Shown: positions 18,001-22,446 of the stretch, piece by piece | How the letters are laid out: each line of letters opens with the position of its first letter | Position numbering within the stretch: the first letter of the stretch is position 1 | From: a virus | UHGV virus genome: UHGV-0181052 | Length of the DNA: 48,673 bases | Reading direction: 5' to 3' (one strand) | Position numbers and translations under genes: made by a program | The notes under the pieces: model-generated | Told to the model about the DNA's origin: nothing | The model's database searches: none | What the model saw: the letters and a program-made list of their open reading frames with translations, nothing else

Positions 18001-19147
18001 CGTCGTTCGTCACAACGTGACGGACTTCTGCCGGTGCGTCCTGCGCGAACTGCAACTGCATGTTGCTGTAGCTGACCATGCCGTTAAAGATCGACGCCAG
18101 GTCACGGATGACGCTCCACGCATGCGCACGCTTCTGGATATACACGTTGCAGGTGTAGCGGCGGTTCTGCGTGCCGTCGGCGTTCGTCACCAGCTCATCA
18201 CAGCGCTGTGCGATGCTGTACATCGTCCACTTGTTCAGGAATGAGGCCGGGATACGGCGGCCAATGCCGAAGCGCTTATGCAGAACAATGTCGTAGACGA
18301 TCCATGCCGGGTTATCAGTCCACGCCTGTTTAAATGTCCCGTTCCACGACCCGCTATAGGTGTGGTTCACCGGGTCATAGTTGGACGGAACCAGAACCAG
18401 CCGGCCGCCCATCTTGATGCTGATTTTCGGGATGTTCTGGAATGATTTGGCGTCGAAGCTGACGAACAGCAGGGACGTCCACGGGTAACGAACGCGGGCG
18501 TCAACGATCTCGGTGATAGCCACGATCCCGGAGTTGAGAACGGTGGTATCAGAGGTGCTATCGTCAGTGAGCCGGGTCACGCGGATTTGCCAGCCGGTGC
18601 TGCTCTTAGGCAGGTCGATGCGGTGATCGCGCTCATAGTTGTCTTTCTGCTTACCGTCCACAGCCCCATCGAAGGCCACGGTGTAGACGCTGTCGCCGAC
18701 TTTGCGGTATTCGATCCGATAATCAATGCGGCCGCCGACGCGATCCCCGTCCTTCTGCTGGATGACCAGACGGAAGTTCATACGGATACGGACGGCGTCG
18801 ATCTCGGTATTGGTGACGTTACGCACCCATGCAGCCGACTTTTTCAGCTCCACGTTAATGCGTGTCTCACTCTCCACCGCCGGGAAGCCGTTGATCGGCT
18901 CCTGCTGCGGGGTGCCGTTTCGATATTCCAGTGTTACGCCGGGAATGTTAACTGAGCCGTCTTCGTTCTGAACGGGAGTCCCGTCAAGATAAACGCGCTT
19001 CGGCAGGTCTTCCGCGCTAATCGGCACGGTTTCACCCTCTGACAACGCAAGTAGCATCCTTACCGTTGCGTTGCTGATCAGGGAGTCTGGATCTTCAACG
19101 GGAGTATGCACGTTGCTACTCCCGCCCTTGTATCCTTTGATTTCCAT
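9080..19147 (-). CDS. giant central tail fiber / host-specificity protein (lambda J-like N- and C-terminal parts separated by about 2000 aa of repeated modules)
   Basis: 3355-aa uninterrupted ORF. The N-terminus MEIKGYKGGSSNVHTPVEDPDSLISNATVRMLLALSEGE is J-like, and the C-terminal roughly 350 aa resemble the J receptor-binding region. The middle holds at least 8 repeats of a TTRVTxAEGKI coiled segment plus a roughly 170-aa beta-sandwich, carbohydrate-binding-module-like domain. Confidence 0.9.
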   Translation of the reverse strand: MEIKGYKGGSSNVHTPVEDPDSLISNATVRMLLALSEGETVPISAEDLPKRVYLDGTPVQNEDGSVNIPGVTLEYRNGTPQQEPINGFPAVESETRINVELKKSAAWVRNVTNTEIDAVRIRMNFRLVIQQKDGDRVGGRIDYRIEYRKVGDSVYTVAFDGAVDGKQKDNYERDHRIDLPKSSTGWQIRVTRLTDDSTSDTTVLNSGIVAITEIVDARVRYPWTSLLFVSFDAKSFQNIPKISIKMGGRLVLVPSNYDPVNHTYSGSWNGTFKQAWTDNPAWIVYDIVLHKRFGIGRRIPASFLNKWTMYSIAQRCDELVTNADGTQNRRYTCNVYIQKRAHAWSVIRDLASIFNGMVSYSNMQLQFAQDAPAEVRHVVTNDDVVNGTFEYSYGSMANRRGIAMVTFDDPKAHYKTQTTVAQFKDLVERYGVEPLEVSGIGCTDEYEAQRRGLWALLSNINDMQISYRVGLNGIKYLIGDVVGIANRYVQGGQFGGRVAGVSGTTITSDRMISDHVAIGDRVIVRQGGTDGTYNRVINAIAADRMSFTVDGTDLDIQSGEVFLLDTQELAPELIRITKITYNEQDNNFTVTGLQYSHSKYLQVDTGARIEDRPTSLIPTGQVPAPTNVVAEGYSIVNQGLRSANVNCSWFTVDQAVSYDIQVRRTSQSNGQWSQGWTNLASQSSTSVDLTNVLTGTYQFRVRSVSRDGGSSQWVESNQVFVDGKRGSIPAVAGLNGVGIVNGITWRWVTGTDDLVDMKSTELQFQRINDAGAPVGEWIDLSVVTYPTGTFTQAGLSFAERVQVRARFVSSYSDAGEWSAPVMAMTSDNMDDYYQNIDDAIKGSDTYGELTSGIKEVGDSAQAAKDAAQAAQVTADDAVATNQQQQQQLNNQLAEIQKNAQDITNTANAGAANASAIAQEILDRKAGDIANANKAAQDVADAIAKAETDDAQVAADAAANLLTAKNEVEAQISTTNTTMQDGFDSLAQQMASIAAGTGEQFDSLAIWYFDNGPEGWASDDANTNLLPVDQDGWVYPAGAAATMRSPNPLAIDARSYKYMRLRMKKVGNPAWAGKLYWIGVDETGWNNARSLTIPAPDFDPTTGITVLSLPDLLWATSGTVRRLRLDFSTNQDANNYYAIDWMAVGRPTPGASQAQIQDLRTAMTAADSAEAAARNTLAVQLRGNYEGTDPSKLVTGIIFNERQTRVTAEQAIASDVNTLRTDYNANKAAVTQRLDTLTSENQSQAQALTQLQSDLTDANGKIGANAAAISQLKTDVTALDGRVTANSSLITNLRSDLNNMRVGGTNLIPNSGTLAGVSGVVQGQTYKGNAIRRIAIAAASAGSYDQFEYELAAPIDGTEVVVSFYAKANNADSKQIFVYLYNPNATLTALSSQGKTGSWSNGGDGSMTIDLTEDWARYWVKYTRKSGQTGTQRVIFGRLLKGSKDKEVYISSPKFEYGTMPTEWSEAPADNASASALQALTTRVTAAEGTISTNSQAITQLKGDVSTLQGQMATKAEASALQQLATTVTQQGNTISSQGQAITDLQNTAQNGKAKYWLTKIFDIKVNGSGYIPKLSDLSGVPPLAVSEMADAAKLDFLTYGDYKIAYAKSLVYVAADKTIAIAPGSRIVDDTGRLYINGAEAATFGASTATYNLVLKKGWNTLEFVVAQITGQFYINFGLKLSDNVDQLFSGAGQLAAASASQILSSQVEQTAGKVDSNSAAILTLNNSVQDINTALNNKADASALQSLTTRVTTAEGKITAHGNAITQLTSDLSTANGKIAANSTAITNLTTRVTAAEGKIDSQAEAITSINSSIKGALTQAANLIPNPTVDPAYGQMGLTVVSTASEGVPADCPYPWAIKCQYRDHVPAMNNIPCREGQVFELSVLAACGTGSAPFQHYIGTSTVVSGSIGSPQANGGQISAATGAKWTRTTWRWTVNAAQGAKGYFRPFLQIAQGGPDFGTVWYATDWSVRDITAAANAESKADANATAITQLTTRVTSAEGSITSQGQAITKLTGDLSTLTGIVNSKADASALNALTTRVSTAEGKIDSQGQSITQLSNSLSATDASIDAQGKIPGNLLANSSFERGPVNFTGWSSLATIITATQPHSGTKIAKMAAGGSAGISQAVEITQGRRYRFGVFAKQDTGTVINDPGNTKFRIADASGNLLIGTNYGPFTSEWQHVFMDWTATKTTNALFQLTTWLSAGAMYFDDVYVVDITNDTKIQANADAITSLNTKVTQQGNDITSQGSSITQLTNRLLTVQYSNSNPWVDGSFESYDNQQAIGGANGLVTTEFAFSGQKSLMCRRANGETGNSDKTIGYETAIRESAVYRFECWAMMPETETPPEGWSCLVGLMVRTSAGQAAWPTALNINEATLAAGGGRGKWVKFSGKIGAGGAQKTRGRLWISCRGTSGGPGYRVFIDDLVITDVTDAHAAQITADANASAINSLTSRVSSAEGKITSQADAITKLNGDVSTINGTLSQKADASAVTALQTRVTTAEDKIESQGTAITNLNNGLEAQRRTGENLVQNYDFLQGDTAYSLQRDSFSTVTFGAYGDGKNGVRMVKVNATSPGLFANNKKPVPQNGQRRYRYVVRAKGVSGGMNLLMRRWNYNGSVEGSYSDKNNTLTTDWQTLTWETDLTPASGFDGSAFGLYCHPSNAEVWIDSFKVYDITEELTIKANSAAISSLTTTVTQQGQDITAQSNALTQLKSSLTNDAVALAANPDNMLTNTGFERGTDSWSGWSSRADVYAAQAPKSGAMILRGKSGGNTAIGQNVLGAKAGRTYRFGGYVKRTADMAIGPNTYGNNKFRLGNATTGAGPLSELNFSEANIGTNWTLLTKDFVPATDMDVAYSINWNLATGEIYFDDVFFIDVTDEINNAANATAISNLTTRVTTAEGKITSQGTAITQLTADLSTANGKITANANAITSLQSTVTQQGNTLTSQGQAITKLNSDLSDLSGVVDTKASASALNSLTTRVTNAEGKITANSNALTSLTSRVGNAESAIDGLNETTAANGLAMANGFQQLRAQIGDNQAAITQTNKAVVDLETATAQQIDTINASMDGMSATVQQTSTAVADINGKLSAQWGVKVQTDTGGGNPRIAGIQLGIDASGSSQFLVQADTFAVYAGGSNKTFPFVVQNGVAYMQEALIRDGSITNAKIGNEIRSNNFVDGSQGWRIAKDGSSQFNNVIVRGRVEANSGVFKGTLQAESFIGDIAVARRYDDMSFRRNQTVQRNGAYQNRGYGMTVVLSCTLVYQLTGAGNVQQSYSVDITFNIGGQEVTRRFFANASGFQAGDFTQEFRFAADLAADNNNVTFFIKARGNDASFDYNCSIQNITATAFRTNSNSFS
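16486..16503 (-). repeat. (CTG)6 microsatellite inside the J-like gene, encoding Q6 on the coding strand
   Basis: ctgctgctgctgctgctg. Because it is a triplet repeat, slippage would preserve the reading frame. Confidence 0.8.
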
Positions 19148-19746
19148 TAAGAACGTACCTCGTTAGCGATGATTCCGGCGCTGATGATAGCACCCCCGAT
19201 CTCACGCTCGCCATACAAAACGCCCACGATGTTACCTTGTGCTGTCGTGTTGACCGGTTGGCCGAAGGCGTATGACGGCGCGTTGGCGTCATCCTCCCTG
19301 ATCCTCATGCCTGTCGACTGAGGGGAGAGCATCTGCATGACCCCGCCAGCAGCCGTGGAGATACCAGCAGCCACGAGGTAAGGGGAGACAGCCTGCCCGC
19401 CAGGGATGAACGAAGCCACGACGCCCGCGACAATCATTGCAGCGCCCAGGATGGTCTGAAACAGGCCGCCCTTCTTGTTGCCGATGATGATCGGTGCGAT
19501 GCGGAATTCTTCGCCGTCAGGGATTGGCTGCGACATCTCGTTGAAGCCGATGTTCCGCTTACCGATGAACGGGGCGAAGGTCAGGCCGCGAGACTGGCTG
19601 TCTCGCATGTACTGGTCGAAGCCGGGGAGGATGGCGGAAAGGGCGCTGATTGCTTCGGCGCAGGAGTCGACCGCGAGGTGATGGACACGCCCGAAGCGCG
19701 CGCCCATTTCCCCATACAGTCGGATTGTGCTTAGCTGGTTTCCCAT
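19147..19746 (-). CDS. tail assembly protein (lambda gpI-like)
   Basis: Position and size match. The start/stop overlap (TAATG) with the J gene. Confidence 0.8.
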   Translation of the reverse strand: MGNQLSTIRLYGEMGARFGRVHHLAVDSCAEAISALSAILPGFDQYMRDSQSRGLTFAPFIGKRNIGFNEMSQPIPDGEEFRIAPIIIGNKKGGLFQTILGAAMIVAGVVASFIPGGQAVSPYLVAAGISTAAGGVMQMLSPQSTGMRIREDDANAPSYAFGQPVNTTAQGNIVGVLYGEREIGGAIISAGIIANEVRS

Positions 19747-20480
19747 TGTGTGATCTCCGGTAATAACTCATGCCGGAGGATACCAGTAATGCGCGGCTCA
19801 AGGTAAGTGCCGTACATCCTGTCGATGGTCGACTTACGATTCATGAGGTGGTGCATGATCATCCCGTCGCCGGTGTAGATCCCGCAGTGATTGCTCACGC
19901 TGGCGGCGATGCGGAATACCACCATATCGCCCGGCTCAGCCTCAGCCTTCTTGATAAATCCCGCTGCTGCAAAATTCTCGTCCGTGAAAAGCTCCTCTCC
20001 TTTCTCCCACCACGGGTACGGCTTGCGGAAGTCTGGCAACTGGATGCCGCGCGAACGGTGCCATGCCATCACCAGGCCGTAGCAGTCGGTAGCGCCCAGC
20101 ACGAAGTCACGACCCAGCAGCCCCTTCGGCTCCTCAAAGAATACCGCCATCTCATCCTTGTCCGGGGCGTAGATGAACCACGGCAAGCACGTCTCCTGCA
20201 TAAGCTGGCGATCGAGGATTGACGGATACGCCAGACCGTCGGCACCGGGATGCGAATGGATGACGGCCACGATGTTACCGGCGTCCTCAGCCTCAGCGAA
20301 GTCCTGCGGGGCAATGCGGAAGCTGTTCATTTTGTCGGCCGCTGAGTTGATGACCGGCCAGTATTCGAGGCCTCCACCTGAATCCACCAGAAGCCCGCAG
20401 CCCTCTTGCGGCGAACACTCAGTAAGATGTTGTTTAATATACGTTAATTGCTGTTCCGGGATGTCTTTTACGTCAATCAT
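19731..20480 (-). CDS. tail assembly protein (lambda gpK-like, MPN/JAB plus NlpC/P60 domains)
   Basis: Start moved to the ATG at 20480 with a GGAGG RBS. HSHP...D in the N-terminal half (JAB-like) and a C...H pattern in the C-terminal half. Confidence 0.8.
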   Translation of the reverse strand: MIDVKDIPEQQLTYIKQHLTECSPQEGCGLLVDSGGGLEYWPVINSAADKMNSFRIAPQDFAEAEDAGNIVAVIHSHPGADGLAYPSILDRQLMQETCLPWFIYAPDKDEMAVFFEEPKGLLGRDFVLGATDCYGLVMAWHRSRGIQLPDFRKPYPWWEKGEELFTDENFAAAGFIKKAEAEPGDMVVFRIAASVSNHCGIYTGDGMIMHHLMNRKSTIDRMYGTYLEPRITGILRHELLPEITQWETS

Positions 20481-20496
20481 TTTTGCCTCCACTTGG

Positions 20497-20556
20497 CACC
20501 ACCTGAAATTTTAAGCTATTGATTTAAAAGGCTGAATTTCAGGTGTTAGGTGGTAT
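20497..20556. repeat. inverted repeat carrying the CCACCTGAAATT box, upstream of gpK
   Basis: The 11-bp arms CACCTGAAATT (20500-20510) and AATTTCAGGTG (20535-20545) are separated by 24 nt. The reverse complement of 20535-20556 matches 37646-37667 at 21 of 22 positions. Confidence 0.6.
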
Positions 20557-20781
20557 GGGTTTATATATTTATTACCATAAATACATATAAGACATACCCA
20601 AGACCATATAAATAAAACTCCCTTGTGAGGGTTTTTATTATATATGGCTATGGGATGTATTCTTATCTTCGTGAATCGAAAACTACGGGCCTGAACGGCA
20701 CGCTGTCGCGTTTAACGCCGTCAGGCCATACGTTCGGACGTCTCAGCCACAAAAACGCCTCAGAACGCGTTACAGCGCGTT

Positions 20782-22053
20782 TTAGTCAATCAGCCTTACC
20801 GAGATGAATCCGCCATAGTCCAGAACGGCCGCTTTCGGGTCACTCACCAGCTGGCCGAAGCGCAGGCGACAGTCCTGAATGCATCCCCCGCATTCGTCCT
20901 TGGTGATGTCGTCCACCTCATTCCCGTGCTTGTCGTACCACTTCTTGGCCGTGCCGCGGTTCCAGCTACACCCGTTTTCCTCCCCTGCATCCAGCCCTTT
21001 ACCGTAAAGCCCGCGCGCCTGCCATTGACAGAACGTCGTGATCTGCCGCGTTGGCACCTGGAAGTTCTGGAGGTCGAGCGGCGACGACAGCGCGAACCGA
21101 ACATACTCTTCGCTCTCATAGTCTGGCCGGTCGATGTAGTAGAGCTGCGTCCACTGCTGCATTGAGTCGGCGTACTGGTTGCCGTCGGTGAAGTTGCGCG
21201 GATCGAGGAACTTCGCATAGGTCTGGATGAGCTTAACCTTTGCCCCGACCATCTGCTGATAGGTGCGCAGGTAGGCGCTGACGACCCCCGACTGGTTGCC
21301 GACGGACAGGGTAGGCGTACCCTGCTGCTCGCTGCTGAACTCGATCCCCTCCGCCATAAACGGCCAGTAGCCATACTCGACGTTATCGAACCAGATTGAC
21401 TTCGGGGCCAGCTTGGATGCGTCGACCTCGTGCGGGTTCTTGTTCAGGATGCTGATTCGCTTGATCTCGATCTCGCCGACCGCCTGCTGCCATAGGTCAA
21501 GGCGAATGCCGATGATCTGGCTATCGACCCAATCGGAGCCGCCAGCGCTCAACTTCGACATATCGAACGAGAATTTCAGCCAGCCATCACCAAGATCCTC
21601 AGTGACTGCCGGTAACAGCCCGGTTTTTAGGTAGCCCGGCGAGAAGTCATGCGCCGCCGTCTTATAGTAGATCTGATACAGGTTATCCGACCCTTCTGGC
21701 GGGGTAATCCAGCGCCCAACCACCTCAATCACCTGATACTTCGAGCCAGTCAGGCCGCCGGTGAACGAAGGCAGCAGCAGGTTCGCGTCAGCAGCCGATG
21801 ATTTGAAGTTGATGGTGTTCCGGTCTTCGTTGGCCGTCACTTTCCCGCGGCCGCCATTGCCGTAGCACTTGAACAGCTGATCGCGGGTCAGCGTGCTGTT
21901 CGCGCTGTCGAGGATCTCCTTGCTCGTGTGCGGGAGCTGGCAATAGTGGCCCCGGATGATCCCAGCGCCGAACTCGGTGCCGTCGATCTCCATGAGAATG
22001 ATCTTGCCCGACGGGTCTAGTTTTGTGGCTTCGTCGAAAATGGTGTTGCTCAT
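20782..22053 (-). CDS. minor tail protein (lambda gpL-like), expanded to 424 aa
   Basis: Start MSNTIFDEATKLDPSGKIILMEIDG at 22053 overlaps the gpM stop (ATGA). The C-terminus DITKDECGGCIQDCRLRF...GGFISV matches the Cys cluster of lambda L. Confidence 0.8.
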   Translation of the reverse strand: MSNTIFDEATKLDPSGKIILMEIDGTEFGAGIIRGHYCQLPHTSKEILDSANSTLTRDQLFKCYGNGGRGKVTANEDRNTINFKSSAADANLLLPSFTGGLTGSKYQVIEVVGRWITPPEGSDNLYQIYYKTAAHDFSPGYLKTGLLPAVTEDLGDGWLKFSFDMSKLSAGGSDWVDSQIIGIRLDLWQQAVGEIEIKRISILNKNPHEVDASKLAPKSIWFDNVEYGYWPFMAEGIEFSSEQQGTPTLSVGNQSGVVSAYLRTYQQMVGAKVKLIQTYAKFLDPRNFTDGNQYADSMQQWTQLYYIDRPDYESEEYVRFALSSPLDLQNFQVPTRQITTFCQWQARGLYGKGLDAGEENGCSWNRGTAKKWYDKHGNEVDDITKDECGGCIQDCRLRFGQLVSDPKAAVLDYGGFISVRLID

Positions 22054-22412
22054 CCTTTCACCCCTGTGTAGATGCCCACGGCCTGCTCGGCTGTGAAGGT
22101 GATGTTCATGGTTGCCCGGCCCAGTGCGACATATTTGATCGTTCCGCTCTTCACGGTGTAAAGGCCCAGCTCGCCATGCGGCGGAACCATCTGGAACGGG
22201 TTGGTGATGTGCGCTTTCAGGAAGTTGAGGATCTGGTTTCCGGTCTTCGCGTTGCCAGTCCACGAACAGGGCACTTCCATGATGAACGGGTTAATGCCTT
22301 CCAAAACGTTTTGCTGCGAACCGTCGCCGAAGCTGTTCGACCGGCTGCGGTCTTTCACTGATACCTGTTGACCTGCCGCCAGCGGCCAGATCCACGCGTC
22401 TAATGTAGCCAT
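22050..22412 (-). CDS. minor tail protein (lambda gpM-like)
   Basis: 120 aa. AGGAGG RBS. It lies directly downstream of the tape measure gene. Confidence 0.8.
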   Translation of the reverse strand: MATLDAWIWPLAAGQQVSVKDRSRSNSFGDGSQQNVLEGINPFIMEVPCSWTGNAKTGNQILNFLKAHITNPFQMVPPHGELGLYTVKSGTIKYVALGRATMNITFTAEQAVGIYTGVKG

Positions 22413-22437
22413 AAAAAAAGCCTCCTGTGTGGGAGGC
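22413..22437 (-). terminator. terminator/attenuator-like hairpin between tape measure and gpM
   Basis: Minus strand: GCCTCC-CACACA-GGAGGC followed by T7 and then the ATG. The 3' arm doubles as the SD. Confidence 0.55.
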
Positions 22438-22446
22438 TGTAGGTTA

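Noticed and set aside
9187-18971. Numerous 60-250-aa ORFs on the plus strand (and in other minus frames) inside the J-like gene, for example 10340..10840, 11240..11974 and 17801..18244
   Set aside because: They lie wholly inside a long, uninterrupted, motif-rich gene and have no RBS. Open antisense frames of this kind are expected in GC-rich DNA.
9080-19147. Possibility that the DNA repeats in the fiber gene represent a CRISPR array or other non-coding tandem array
   Set aside because: The repeats are in frame, they diverge at synonymous positions, and they are separated by long unique coding segments. There is no short conserved direct repeat with spacers and there are no cas genes.
20612-20636. 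Possible plus-strand terminator AAAACTCCCTTGTGAGGGTTTTTATT
   Set aside because: The stem is only 4 bp, and there is no plus-strand gene upstream that it could terminate. It is kept only as part of the AT-rich island description.
20625-20807. 60-aa ORF inside the L-K intergenic island
   Set aside because: It has no RBS, it runs into the gpL stop region, and it begins in the AT-rich tract. The island is more likely regulatory than coding, although a micro-protein cannot be excluded.
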